Virus record (IMG/VR): IMGVR_UViG_3300032007_003791
From: a virus
Taxonomy: Duplodnaviria > Heunggongvirae > Uroviricota > Caudoviricetes
Strand: one strand, 5' to 3'
DNA: 64,000 bases
Shown: in pieces, positions 46,806 to 57,235 of the stretch
How the letters are laid out: each line of letters opens with the position of its first letter
Numbering within the stretch: the stretch's first letter is position 1
The notes under the pieces: model-generated
Databases searched by the model: none
The model's input: only the letters and a program-made list of their open reading frames with translations
Told to the model about the DNA's origin: nothing
Position numbers and translations under genes: made by a program

Positions 46806-49034
46806 ATGATTATGAAACATATTTTAAAGTATTTTTCGGTTTTTTTAGTCGCTCTTGCGATGGCCGTTTCGTGTAAGCCTCCTGTGATTGAAGGTGCCGA
46901 GTTTGTCGCGAAACTGGAAATCGTTTCGAAGAGTGTTGGACATGGTGAGGACTTCTCTTTTAAGGTTTATAGTAATATGAAGTCCTTCAAGATTACGAAA
47001 TTCGACTGCCCTTTCGAGACTACGGAGATTGAGCCGGGGATGACGTTTTCGGTCAGTGATCTTGGGTATTATCTCTTTACCATCAAGAATGTGAAGGTTT
47101 CTGAGTCCGGGCATCATACTTTGTCGATGACTGTGGTTGAACCGGTGTCCGGCCTGGCTTGTGATTTGTCAGGGGATTTCAATGCGTATACCTCTTCGAA
47201 CATTTCTCTGGTTATCGAGAATGAGCGTGCCTCCGGTTCGAAGTTCAGCGATAAGTCCTATGGGCCTGCGGTTATTGGTGGTGATGATTTCGTTTTTACG
47301 GTCCGTTCAAGAAGCGAGAGGCTCCTTCTTAAGAGTTATACATGTGAGTTCAATGACGGCCAGCTTTTCGAAGGCGAGGAGTTTGTTTTTGACGAGCTGG
47401 GCGAGAAGCGTATCACGATGGAGTCGGTGGACGTGGATATGGATGCTTTCAATGAGAAACATGTATTGTCCATGACTTTCTATAACCTTGATTCGAAGCA
47501 GGACACAACGGTGACTGCGGAGTATATCTGTTTGAGGAAGTTCGAGCCGACAGTTACTCTTGAGCCTTCATCCCTGGTGTATAATGGGACCGCATCGTTG
47601 AAGTTTGCTGCTAACCGTCAGAATGTTGAGCTTGTTTCCGATAAGGAGCCGGCGTGGTTTAAGTTTGCGGACGGTCGTTTGAGGATTACGGATTTGGGTG
47701 AAAATCTTAAATTAATTGTCAAGACGCAGCCGCTTGTGATCCCCGAAGGGGAGGGGAACGGTTCGTTGGAGTTTGAGATAAAGGATACTGAATATACGGG
47801 TCGGACCGAGAAGGTTGTCGTACCTTACAAAATTGCCCGTAATATCCCTCCTCAGGACATTTCTATTTCTTACGATGGTAATTATGTCGAGACGGCGGAG
47901 AAAGTTATTGAAATCAACCAGGATGAGCTTTTGCGTGTGAAGTTGTCCACTTCTACGAAGAATTCTGATAATTTGTATTCCGTGTCGGTTGTCAAGACTC
48001 CTTCGGATACGTATACTCTTGGGAAAGATATTGCTTTGTATGCTCCCGGGAAGGGTGAGAGTCGTGTCATCTCTGATATTAAGAAGCATGATTTTGTGCA
48101 GAAGGTGACAGTTGCTGATGGCGATTTTTATATCAACACGAATTTGAATTCCGGATTTTTCAGGATTTCCGTTTCCGCTAAGAACGACAGTAGTGTGAGT
48201 CGGGAGATTGCCCTTTATGTCAAGGAGTGTTTTGTGGTGTTCGTTGTTGAAGAGGAACACTATGATTTGGAATGGAATTACATTACATTTAGTTGGAATC
48301 AAAAAAGTGCCTGGTATGGTTTACCGGGTAAGTTGACGGGATATTTTGCCAGTTGGGGTAGTAATCGTTCTCCGGAAGAACAGTTGGTTAAATCTGGTCG
48401 TACGTCTTTTGAATCATATTTAAGTAATAAATTGACAAGAAGGAACGATGTAAATAAGGTTTCTGTATCTTGGACGATTGATCTTGCGCCTAAGCAATCT
48501 TCTGATGATTATCTTTATGTGCCGACAGCGTCTTGTAATGATTATAACAAACAAGTGGTTATATCTGATGAAAAAAGTCATTATTTTCAGTTGGGAGGAC
48601 TTAATCCCGGGCATCATGGTCGTGCGACTCCACCTGATGGCTGGAACGAACTGAAGTATGAGCAGCTTCCTCTTCCTGGAAAGGGTCTCATTTCTGGCAC
48701 GGAAACGGCTTCATTGGTTACAGGTGAGATAGAAAATTTCTATCTCAATGAGGCGATGAATGCTTTGAAGAAGTTGGATTGCAAGGGTGATATTGCTTAT
48801 TCTCGTCATCATCGCATGGATTATGATTATTTCTCGTCACGGCCGGAGAGATATTGGACCCATTTGAATTTCAATATAACGAATTTCAATGGTATCGGTG
48901 ACACCTATAAGGTGAAATATATCTTGTATGCTTTTAAGTGGCAGACAAAGTCCTCTGATTATTGGTGGAAGTCCATTGATAAGGTAGGTGTGCTTGTTGA
49001 CGCTGAGACGGGTAATACTCTCGTTGCACGATGA
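46806..49034 (+). CDS. Large multi-Ig-like lipoprotein ending the tra operon
   Basis: Lipobox AVSC; repeated beta-sandwich-like segments; occupies the traP/traQ position. Confidence 0.7.
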   Translation: MIMKHILKYFSVFLVALAMAVSCKPPVIEGAEFVAKLEIVSKSVGHGEDFSFKVYSNMKSFKITKFDCPFETTEIEPGMTFSVSDLGYYLFTIKNVKVSESGHHTLSMTVVEPVSGLACDLSGDFNAYTSSNISLVIENERASGSKFSDKSYGPAVIGGDDFVFTVRSRSERLLLKSYTCEFNDGQLFEGEEFVFDELGEKRITMESVDVDMDAFNEKHVLSMTFYNLDSKQDTTVTAEYICLRKFEPTVTLEPSSLVYNGTASLKFAANRQNVELVSDKEPAWFKFADGRLRITDLGENLKLIVKTQPLVIPEGEGNGSLEFEIKDTEYTGRTEKVVVPYKIARNIPPQDISISYDGNYVETAEKVIEINQDELLRVKLSTSTKNSDNLYSVSVVKTPSDTYTLGKDIALYAPGKGESRVISDIKKHDFVQKVTVADGDFYINTNLNSGFFRISVSAKNDSSVSREIALYVKECFVVFVVEEEHYDLEWNYITFSWNQKSAWYGLPGKLTGYFASWGSNRSPEEQLVKSGRTSFESYLSNKLTRRNDVNKVSVSWTIDLAPKQSSDDYLYVPTASCNDYNKQVVISDEKSHYFQLGGLNPGHHGRATPPDGWNELKYEQLPLPGKGLISGTETASLVTGEIENFYLNEAMNALKKLDCKGDIAYSRHHRMDYDYFSSRPERYWTHLNFNITNFNGIGDTYKVKYILYAFKWQTKSSDYWWKSIDKVGVLVDAETGNTLVAR

Positions 49035-49048
49035 TTAAGCGTTTTGTA

Positions 49049-49086
49049 GAGGGGGCTTGGTTGGAAACAATCAAGTCTCTTTTTTT
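49049..49086 (+). terminator. Intrinsic terminator ending the tra operon
   Basis: GAGGGGGCTTGGTTG-GAAA-CAATCAAGTCTCT followed by a T-tract. Confidence 0.8.
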
Positions 49087-49147
49087 GTATGTTAAATTAA
49101 AAAACAATTCTTTTTGTGAAATTGTGTTTCGTTTAAAAAGAATTTGT

Positions 49148-49155
49148 TATCTTTG
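49148..49155 (+). promoter_or_regulatory. -7 box for pilus locus 2
   Basis: TATCTTTG, about 175 bp before the first ATG. Confidence 0.65.
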
Positions 49156-49331
49156 CAGATGAAAGAGAACACCGGACGGGAGGAAATCGAAACAACGTGC
49201 ATAGTATCATACCTCCTCCTTGATGGGCTTGTCTGTCGTGTGATATGCAAGCATTCTCTCGGTCCCTGGCGGGTGATACCGCTTCGGACCGCCAAAGTGA
49301 ACAGTGCTGAAAATGTTGTGCAAAACGGCAA

Positions 49332-49943
49332 ATGGATCTTAAGATTAAATTATTGAAACGGATAGTTGTTGTTATTGTCTGTTTCTTGGCATCCATTTGT
49401 GCCGGGGCGCAGACATTCAGCGTAAGCACGAATCTTGGTCGCTGGGCAGAGCTTGGAACGATGAATGTCGAAGGTGGCTATGCCTTTAGCCAGCATTTTT
49501 CCGTTCATGTCAATGTCGCAATCAACCCGTTTACCTTCCGTGCCGAGGAGGCTGATGAGCGGTATGAAGACGTAATGGCCAACACTACGCGTGCTTTCCA
49601 GTATAAGAGGGAAAGTGTGGGGGTGAGCGTCCGTTGGTGGCCCTGGTACGTTTTCTCCGGCTGGTGGGTAAGGGCAAAGGTCCAGTATATGGCTTACGAC
49701 ATTGGAGGTATCCAGACCCCCCAACGGCATGTCGGCAATGCCTTCGGAGCCGGACTCGGAGCGGGGTATTCCTTCATGCTCGGCCAGGAATGGAATATCG
49801 ATGTCGGGGTCGCCGGATGGGGAGGATACCGCATTAAGGATGTCTATGAATCCATCAATACCAACTCCAAGCCGATTGATAACGTCAGGGGATGGTATCT
49901 GTGGCCGGAGGAGATTGTCATTGCTATAACTCATGTCTTTTAA
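49332..49943 (+). CDS. DUF3575 outer-membrane protein
   Basis: STNLGRWAELGTMNVE, VRWWPW; paralog of 13560-14123. Confidence 0.85.
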   Translation: MDLKIKLLKRIVVVIVCFLASICAGAQTFSVSTNLGRWAELGTMNVEGGYAFSQHFSVHVNVAINPFTFRAEEADERYEDVMANTTRAFQYKRESVGVSVRWWPWYVFSGWWVRAKVQYMAYDIGGIQTPQRHVGNAFGAGLGAGYSFMLGQEWNIDVGVAGWGGYRIKDVYESINTNSKPIDNVRGWYLWPEEIVIAITHVF

Positions 49944-51318
49944 TCAAAATGGATTTCTAATAATGTTAGGAAATTTTTTCAGGTATATGACCGTCTCTCT
50001 TCTGGTCCTGGTTCTCGGAAGCCTTATGCTGTCCGGGCGCAGTGTCGGGAGGGGTTTGGGCGCCGCTGATAGTCCGCAGGACACGGCCCTCACTCGTTCG
50101 TTCAGGAACGACACCGTCTCGTTGAGGCTGACCTTCGACCTGGGCGAAGCGACCGTGAACAAGCGCTATGGCGGCAATGGGGACAGGATAGAGTCCTTCC
50201 GCCAGGCTTATAACAGGTATGTCTCAGACTCGGAGACATTCGCCAGCGGCGTCTTCATTCGTGTCGGCACCTCCCCGGAAGGACAGACAGCATCCAATAT
50301 TGAGCTGTCGCGCAAGCGCATGGAGAACGTGCGGGAGTTCATCTGTCACGAGTTCGGCATCTCGCCGTTCAATGTGTATGTGACCTCCGATGGTGAGAGC
50401 TGGAGCGAGCTGGCCGGTTATATCCGTGCGCTCGATGTCCCGTGGAAGGCAAGCGCGTTGAAGATTATTACGATGAAGCCAACGTGGAAGATTGATGGCA
50501 ACGACATAGAAGATAACCGCAAGGCGCGTCTCCGCCAGCTTGACAACGGGCGGGCATGGCGTTATCTGGAGGAGAACGTATTCCCGAAGATGCGCTCCGC
50601 CTACGGCGACGCTATGTTCGTCTTCTCGCACAAGACTTCTGTAACCGAGGCGGCTCCTCCTGTTGTGCAGGTTCAGGGCCCCCGTGATACCGTGTTTGTC
50701 GCCGTGCCCAGTTACTTCGACGAGAAGACCTCGCTTTTGAACGTATCGCCCATCGACCCGAAGTATTACAACCGTCTGCGTGGGAAGTCCTTCCTGATGG
50801 GCATCAGGACCAATATCCTTGCTATCCCGCTGGTTAACCTTGGCCTGGAAGTCCCGTTCGGCAGGCACTTCTCCCTTGGTATGGACATCTATTACCCTTG
50901 GCTCAAGCGTAATGCCTATCATAAGGAATGCACGCAGATGGTCGCCTACGGGATGGATGTCCGTTATTGGCTTGGGCGGGATAACGTTCCGGCGGAGGCA
51001 CGTCTGCTCGGGCATTCGTTCGGCATCTACGGAGCCGGCGGGCATTATGACTTCCAGCGGAACTGGAGCGGGCATCAGGGGACGTTCTTCAATATCGGTT
51101 TCGACTGGATGTATGCCTTCCCGATCTTCCATGGTACGATGCACATGGAGATTGAATTGGGGCTGGGATTCATCTACTCGAAGGCGACGCCTTACTACTG
51201 CTATGAGCCTTATGGCGACTGTATCCGCGAACCGGGGGCAATAAGGATTGTCCGGTGGTACGGCCCGACGAAGGCGCAGGTGTCCATCGTTGTACCCATC
51301 TACAGACGTAAGAAGTAA
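49933..51318 (+). CDS. OmpA-like domain fused to a C-terminal DUF3575 barrel
   Basis: TSPEGQTASNIELSRKR, GESW, FPKMR; then IRTNILAIPLVNLGLE, YPW, GHSFGIY, YGPTKAQVSIV. Confidence 0.8.
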   Translation: MSFNQNGFLIMLGNFFRYMTVSLLVLVLGSLMLSGRSVGRGLGAADSPQDTALTRSFRNDTVSLRLTFDLGEATVNKRYGGNGDRIESFRQAYNRYVSDSETFASGVFIRVGTSPEGQTASNIELSRKRMENVREFICHEFGISPFNVYVTSDGESWSELAGYIRALDVPWKASALKIITMKPTWKIDGNDIEDNRKARLRQLDNGRAWRYLEENVFPKMRSAYGDAMFVFSHKTSVTEAAPPVVQVQGPRDTVFVAVPSYFDEKTSLLNVSPIDPKYYNRLRGKSFLMGIRTNILAIPLVNLGLEVPFGRHFSLGMDIYYPWLKRNAYHKECTQMVAYGMDVRYWLGRDNVPAEARLLGHSFGIYGAGGHYDFQRNWSGHQGTFFNIGFDWMYAFPIFHGTMHMEIELGLGFIYSKATPYYCYEPYGDCIREPGAIRIVRWYGPTKAQVSIVVPIYRRKK

Positions 51319-51345
51319 GGGCTATTTGCAAAATGAGGTTGGAAA

Positions 51346-52347
51346 ATGATTAAAGCATACGAATACAGATTCAGGTATCTCCGGACCCGTGTGGCAGCCC
51401 TCGTGGCTTCCGCCACGGTCCTCCTGTGTGCGGCGGGTTGCCGCCATATACCGCTCTACGACGGCCAGACCGGCGTCTATATGAAGGTCGAGCTCGTGGT
51501 CGACAGCCAGATGCAGGAGAAAATCGACCAGGGTAAGGCTCAGCTCCCCGGTGGCCTGAAGGTCCTTTTCTTCAATAACGAGACGCATGAGTTCGTTGCG
51601 GAGGATTTTCTTCCCCTGCATGGCGGGTTCATCGATGTCCCTGTCGGGACGTATAATATCCTTGTCTATACGGTGGGCAACGAGACGACCATCGTCCGCA
51701 ACACCAGGCGCCAGGGGACGGTCCAGGCTTACACCAACTCGCGTGGCATGTCGCTGATGATGACGCGTTCGGATGAGGACGGGAACGTCATAGACAATAT
51801 CCAGTATCCCATCGTCAACGAGCCGGATTACCTTTATGTCGGCACTGCGGAAAATATGTTCATCCCGCCCAAGTCCGACATCTCCGAGACCGTGCGTATT
51901 CATGTGGAGCTCAAGTCCATCGTGGAGACGTGGACCTTCATCGCCAGGGATATCGACGGAGCCGACCGTATCAGCCACATGTCCTGTTATGTCACGGGAC
52001 AGATACAGGAGCGTTACCTGTGGGACCTGCGTTATTCGGATAACGTCTGTGCTATCCCGTTCGCTGCCGGTTATGATGTCGACGGCGGGATGATAAAGGG
52101 CGAGTTCACCACTTTCGGTAAGCACCCGATGGCCCTGTCGGAGGTGTTCCTCAATGTACAGGTCGTCCACGCCGACGGGGCGCTTTATCAGTGGATTTTC
52201 AACGTGACGGATCAGTTCACTGACCCGGACAACACGAAACACGAACTTATAGTAACAGAGAAAATCGTTATCCCGGACACGGAGGCGGGCGGCCTGACGC
52301 CGCATGTCAACGACTGGTCCGCCGAGATAACCAATGTCCCCCTTTAA
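51346..52347 (+). CDS. DUF5119/FimB-Mfa2-like anchor pilin lipoprotein
   Basis: Lipobox AAGC-RHIPLY; VPVGTYNILVY; PDYLY; C-terminal PHVNDW. Confidence 0.78.
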   Translation: MIKAYEYRFRYLRTRVAALVASATVLLCAAGCRHIPLYDGQTGVYMKVELVVDSQMQEKIDQGKAQLPGGLKVLFFNNETHEFVAEDFLPLHGGFIDVPVGTYNILVYTVGNETTIVRNTRRQGTVQAYTNSRGMSLMMTRSDEDGNVIDNIQYPIVNEPDYLYVGTAENMFIPPKSDISETVRIHVELKSIVETWTFIARDIDGADRISHMSCYVTGQIQERYLWDLRYSDNVCAIPFAAGYDVDGGMIKGEFTTFGKHPMALSEVFLNVQVVHADGALYQWIFNVTDQFTDPDNTKHELIVTEKIVIPDTEAGGLTPHVNDWSAEITNVPL

Positions 52348-52397
52348 ATGCGTAAAGCATATTCCCTTTTTATTAACCTTTTTAATCCATCTATCAG

Positions 52398-53732
52398 ATG
52401 AAAAAAGCATTTCTTTTTCTGAGCGCCGCCCTCCTGGCGATGGTGGCCTGCAACAAGTCCGAGACCGTCAAGATCGAGGACCCTTCCAAGCCGGGTGAGA
52501 TGACCTTCAAGGCCCTCTCGTCCGTTCCTACCAAGGCCGGTGAACTGACCGGTATCTCCCTCCCCAAGACCTACGGCATCTACGCCGCAGCGACACAGAA
52601 GAACGCCTCCGGCCTCATCGAGAACCGTTCTTTCTTCGCGGACCCGTTCGAGCAGCTGTTCGGCACCACCGAGGATGACCCTGCAGGCATCGGCACCGCC
52701 TCCGCAGCAAGTGACGGCCGCAAGTGGCATGCCGGGACTTACAACAGCGGTACCAGCGCCTTCTCGGTGACTCCCATGTACTGGCCTATCGGCGGCGTAG
52801 TGATGGATTTCCTTGCCTACAGCCTTCCGATGGCCTCCCATGTTGACTGCATCGGCGGTTCCCATGTGGATCCCCTTCCGATGAACTCCAGCGCCAAGTG
52901 GGCCGCCTGCTGGGATAACCAGCGCAGTGACGTCGCCTCCAAGTTCACTTTCTATGACGTGGACACCTATGTCAACCAGGTGGACCTGATGTATGCTGCG
53001 GCCAACGGTCAGACGAGCAAGGCCAACGGTGGTGGTTCCGGTGCGAACTCGGTGGCCATGGAGTTCAATCATGCCCAGGCCCTCCTTATCTTCAACGTCC
53101 GCGTTGACGAAGAGGAAGTGGGCGGTAAGCTCCAGATCGACGAGATCGGCTTCTATACCCCCGACCGTGTGGACGCGATGCTTGAGCACCAGCTGCAACT
53201 CGCAAGCGGCAACAGCTCCCACGTGCTGGCCGACCTGACCGACGCCGATGTCACTCTGAAGACTTTCGGTACCTTCTGCGTGGACAACAGCCGCAACGAC
53301 CTTCTCGCATCCTGGTCCTTCGGTAAGGACCGTGCCGACGCCGCTGTGTCCCCTACCCGTAAGGAGAACTTCAAGATGAAGAGCATCGGCGCCGGCGCAG
53401 TGTCCGCCGCCAATACGACGGTGCTTGCACAGGCCGCTCCCAACAACGCGCTGAAGATCGACTACGGTCAGCCTATCCCCTTCGTGGATGCTACCGGAAG
53501 TCAGTTCCATCAGCTTGGCGAGACACTCCTGGTGCCCCAGCAGGAGAAGGTGAACTTCACCATTACCTACACCATCGGCGGGAAGACGATGTTCTATACC
53601 TACAACGATTTCCGCGGTGTATGGGAGAAGGGTAAGAAGTACATCTACAATCTTGACCTGGACATCAACGAGATTGTCATCACTGAGGAGGTCAACGACT
53701 TCGTGGCTGCACCCAATGTGGTCAATCTGTAG
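52398..53732 (+). CDS. Fimbrillin-family major (stalk) pilin of locus 2
   Basis: Lipobox MVAC; PTKAG; YWP; DLMYA; FNHAQALL; WEKGKKYIYNLD...ITEEVNDF donor strand; followed by a hairpin at about 53748-53773. Confidence 0.85.
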   Translation: MKKAFLFLSAALLAMVACNKSETVKIEDPSKPGEMTFKALSSVPTKAGELTGISLPKTYGIYAAATQKNASGLIENRSFFADPFEQLFGTTEDDPAGIGTASAASDGRKWHAGTYNSGTSAFSVTPMYWPIGGVVMDFLAYSLPMASHVDCIGGSHVDPLPMNSSAKWAACWDNQRSDVASKFTFYDVDTYVNQVDLMYAAANGQTSKANGGGSGANSVAMEFNHAQALLIFNVRVDEEEVGGKLQIDEIGFYTPDRVDAMLEHQLQLASGNSSHVLADLTDADVTLKTFGTFCVDNSRNDLLASWSFGKDRADAAVSPTRKENFKMKSIGAGAVSAANTTVLAQAAPNNALKIDYGQPIPFVDATGSQFHQLGETLLVPQQEKVNFTITYTIGGKTMFYTYNDFRGVWEKGKKYIYNLDLDINEIVITEEVNDFVAAPNVVNL

Positions 53733-53787
53733 TTGAATGCAATCAATCCCGGCGGACCTGACCGTCCACCGGGGTTCAAGAAAATAT

Positions 53788-55011
53788 ATGATTATGATGA
53801 AAAGACATATCATTTTAACGAAAGCGGCCGTTGCGGGTTTCCTTGTCTCCGCCGGGATGCTCGTTGCCTCCTCGTGCAAGAAAGAGTCTCCGGCTTTGAA
53901 CAGTGCTCCCGTCACCGTGGAGCCTGCCACGGAGGGGGAGACGGACGTCCCGGATAACGACGGCACTCCTATTGAGATCATGAGTTCATGGTCAGGTGAA
54001 GGGGAAGGGGAGACGAAGGGCGTGCATCAGATGACCAACTCCTCCATCGTCACCGACCGCTTTGGGCTCTTCGCCTGGTGGAACCGTACCGATAACCCGT
54101 TCGACGGAACGCTCACGGGACATGAATGGCTGGAGAACGCCCAGATGCAGTATATCGGGGCGAGCGGGGGACGCGGACGGTGGCGCTGTAACCCTCAGGC
54201 CTTCTGGCCGTTCGGCTGTAACCTCACTTTCTTCGCCTACGCCCCTTACATGCCGTGCACCGGCGGGATGCTGACTCTCCCTAACGGAGAAGCGTCTTAT
54301 ATGCCGCGCGGGACGTTCGTCCAGGACACCGATCCGGCCCGGCAGGTCGACTTCTGCATGACTAACCCCGTGATGGACCGCAGGAAAGCCGACGGCGAAG
54401 TGCCGCTGGAGTTCTGGCATGCGCTGACGCGTGTCCTCTTCTATGTCAACCTGAACGCGGCTTCTTCGGAAACGGGCCGTCTCTATCCTGATGACGACCA
54501 CCAGTACCGCGTGAAGTCGCTTGTCCTGGAGGGGATTGTCAACAGTAATAAGTTCACTTTCTCCGGACGCAATACCGTCGCCTGGGACCAGCTCCCCCGC
54601 GCGGACCTGTCGAAGCGTGCACAGGCTTACAGCCTCTCCATTGCTTCCGGCACGCTCGCGAAGGAGCCCACGCCCTTCGAATGGGATATGGAGTCCTACT
54701 CGGGGCTGGAGCGTTACAAGTGCATCAACGGTGTGCAGGCGGGGGTCCTTTACCTGCTTCCACAGCCGATGACCTCGAAGGCGAAGGTGACCATGGTCGT
54801 GTCGAAGGGCTACTGGAACGGCAGCACCTGGACGGAGACGGACGTGCTCGACCCGTTCGTCATCACCATGCCGACGGAGACCGTCTGGAAACCCGGTCAG
54901 ACCGTCGCTTACTCCGTATCGCTCGACATCACCCAGTGGGAGGAGGTTGAGTTCAGCGTCACCCTGCTGCCCTGGGGCAGCGCCAATGATTCGACCACGT
55001 TCCCCGTGTAA
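53788..55011 (+). CDS. Fimbrillin-family minor pilin
   Basis: Lipobox ASSC; ETKG; FWP, FFAYAPY, FWHALTRV, WKPGQTVAYSV, FSVTLLPW. Confidence 0.85.
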   Translation: MIMMKRHIILTKAAVAGFLVSAGMLVASSCKKESPALNSAPVTVEPATEGETDVPDNDGTPIEIMSSWSGEGEGETKGVHQMTNSSIVTDRFGLFAWWNRTDNPFDGTLTGHEWLENAQMQYIGASGGRGRWRCNPQAFWPFGCNLTFFAYAPYMPCTGGMLTLPNGEASYMPRGTFVQDTDPARQVDFCMTNPVMDRRKADGEVPLEFWHALTRVLFYVNLNAASSETGRLYPDDDHQYRVKSLVLEGIVNSNKFTFSGRNTVAWDQLPRADLSKRAQAYSLSIASGTLAKEPTPFEWDMESYSGLERYKCINGVQAGVLYLLPQPMTSKAKVTMVVSKGYWNGSTWTETDVLDPFVITMPTETVWKPGQTVAYSVSLDITQWEEVEFSVTLLPWGSANDSTTFPV

Positions 55012-55052
55012 GGCAGAAGTGACTGTCGGTAATTTGATTTACGGTTTTTTCA

Positions 55053-56105
55053 ATGAAAGGAAAAATTCTCATACTCTCTGCGGCCTGCCTCGTCGCTGCG
55101 TGCGCGAAGCCTTTCGAGGTCTTCTACGGTGAGACGGAATCCCTCTCGGACGAGAAGGTGTTCTTCTCCATCACGGAAGACTCGGAGTTCTTTGTCGATA
55201 CGTTGTCTGAGGGGTATCAGCCCACGAAGGTAGTCACCGCGACAAGCCTCCCTTCCTTCAAGGCCGCCTGCACGAAGGGCGCCCCGGGGAGTGAGCATAC
55301 GAGCGTGTGGAATAACGTTGCCTTTACGGATAACGGCAGCGGGACGTTCCTTGGCGGGCAGTATTGGCCTCACAGTGACCAGGGGTACAATTTCTACGCC
55401 GTTGCGGCGACGGACGTCTCGGATGCGGTGTCCGGTCCCGCTCTTGCGGCCCAGGCTCCCGCGATGACCTTCTCTCCGGCAGGGACTACGATAACGACGA
55501 CGGGCGGCACGCAGGATGTCGTGTGCGCCTATCTTCCCTATAAGAGTGGGACCATCGGCGTTCCGGAGACGGAGAAGGCCATTTATAAGACATGTAACGG
55601 CCTGACGTTCGAGCATATCTACTCGCGCCTGTCGACGGTCACCGTCAGTACCGATGCCCTTTATTGCGTGTACAACGTCACCGTCTGGCTTGTCAACGCG
55701 AAGACAGGCGGCACGTATAACCTCCGTACCGGGAAAAGCCGTACCGACGGGACGGGATGGAGCAGCCTCACGCCGACGACGGATGCTGATACACAGATTT
55801 ACCGTAACAGTGGAAGTATCGCCGTCAGTTCCGGTCATGTGGGGGATAACAATAATATTTACGTAGTCCCGGGTTCCTATTACCTGAAGGCTTCCTGGAC
55901 CGCAACCATTGACGACCCGCTGACCACTGACCCGTATATCCAGACCTATAGCGGCGTCGTGTCGTCTACGCCTGTCTCCCTGCAGGGGGGCAAGGTGAAC
56001 GCCCTCAGCGTCACACTCTCCGGCAACGCCACCGAACTGACCTTCTCCGTGTCCGTCCTGCCGTGGACGTACAACGAGGTGGGGGATGTCGGGTTCAACC
56101 ATTGA
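55053..56105 (+). CDS. Fimbrillin-family minor pilin
   Basis: Lipobox VAAC; PTKV; YWP; FEHIYSRL; KTGGTYNL; FSVSVLPW. Confidence 0.85.
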   Translation: MKGKILILSAACLVAACAKPFEVFYGETESLSDEKVFFSITEDSEFFVDTLSEGYQPTKVVTATSLPSFKAACTKGAPGSEHTSVWNNVAFTDNGSGTFLGGQYWPHSDQGYNFYAVAATDVSDAVSGPALAAQAPAMTFSPAGTTITTTGGTQDVVCAYLPYKSGTIGVPETEKAIYKTCNGLTFEHIYSRLSTVTVSTDALYCVYNVTVWLVNAKTGGTYNLRTGKSRTDGTGWSSLTPTTDADTQIYRNSGSIAVSSGHVGDNNNIYVVPGSYYLKASWTATIDDPLTTDPYIQTYSGVVSSTPVSLQGGKVNALSVTLSGNATELTFSVSVLPWTYNEVGDVGFNH

Positions 56106-56143
56106 CAGCATATTCAAAATTAACAAAATAAAGATTTCCGATT

Positions 56144-57202
56144 ATGACTAAGAAACTTTTCATTGCCATTCTGGTCGCTTCCATGGCCTCTGTATCCTTT
56201 ACCGCTTGTCAGAAGCACTCCGATGCTTCGGATGAGCTTATGCCTTCCGACGGCGCAATCACGTTCGGCGTCAGTGGCGAGGGGCTCGTCACCGGCGAGG
56301 TGACGACGAAGGCCACTACCATCACTCCGACGACCTCCGTGACTAACTTCAAGGCGCTGGCCGTCACCGGTACCCCCGGTTCGTCCGAATCTGCGGTGTG
56401 GAACAACCGTCAGTTCTCTAACAGTTCAGGCACTTACTCGGCGTCCCCGAAGGCGTATTGGCCTTCTTCCAATGCGTCGTACTCGTTCTATGCGGTGGCG
56501 GCAGGTCCGAGGAACTCCGCTGCGGCGGTGGTGACCGACGTCCCTAACATGACTGCCGCGGCGGCCGGGCCGTCCATTAGTGTCCCCGTCGACTACGGCC
56601 GGGACCTCATCTGCGCATTCCTTCCGTACTCCACCGGTACCGCAGGAACGCCTGAGGCGGGGAAGGCCATCTACAAGACAAAGAACAATCTCGTGTTCCG
56701 CCATGTGTTCGCACGTATCTCCACCGTCTCGGTGAGCAACGTGGACGCAGCTGCGACGATCTCCAATATCTCCATCTGGCTGAAGAACACCAAGACCGGT
56801 GGAACTTATAACCTCTATACCGGGCGTGCTTCGAATAACGGTACCGGTTGGAGTTCTCTCCTTCCCGCCGACGGGACGAACGAGCTTCTCCTGCAGAACA
56901 CCAGCAGCTCCCTTGCTCCCGGCTCATCCGCTTCGACTACCGGCAGCGTATACAACGCTACGGACCAGTCTTATTACATCGTGCCGGGCACGTATAAACT
57001 GATTGCGACCTGGACCGCTTCCGTCGACCAGTACACCCAGACTTATTCTTCCAAGGAGTCCACGGCCTCGTTCAGTTTCGTGGGCGGAGCCATCAATGCT
57101 GTCTCCTGCCGCTTGTCCGGCGATCCGGCCGAGCTGCAGTTCTCCGTCAGCGTGACGGACTGGACCAACAACTCCGTCGGTCCCGTGAACTTCAACCATT
57201 AG
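56144..57202 (+). CDS. Fimbrillin-family minor pilin, paralog of 55053-56105
   Basis: Lipobox FTAC; TTKA; YWP; FRHVFARI; KTGGTYNL; FSVSVTDW...FNH. Confidence 0.85.
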   Translation: MTKKLFIAILVASMASVSFTACQKHSDASDELMPSDGAITFGVSGEGLVTGEVTTKATTITPTTSVTNFKALAVTGTPGSSESAVWNNRQFSNSSGTYSASPKAYWPSSNASYSFYAVAAGPRNSAAAVVTDVPNMTAAAAGPSISVPVDYGRDLICAFLPYSTGTAGTPEAGKAIYKTKNNLVFRHVFARISTVSVSNVDAAATISNISIWLKNTKTGGTYNLYTGRASNNGTGWSSLLPADGTNELLLQNTSSSLAPGSSASTTGSVYNATDQSYYIVPGTYKLIATWTASVDQYTQTYSSKESTASFSFVGGAINAVSCRLSGDPAELQFSVSVTDWTNNSVGPVNFNH

Positions 57203-57235
57203 TAGTTGGCTCTTGTTTGTTGTCAGGAGTGAGCG

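Noticed and set aside
49104-49147. Invertible (phase-variable) promoter for pilus locus 2
   Set aside because: The imperfect inverted repeat ACAATTCTTTTT/AAAAAGAATTTGT does not enclose the -7 box, and no invertase is in view; at most an operator.
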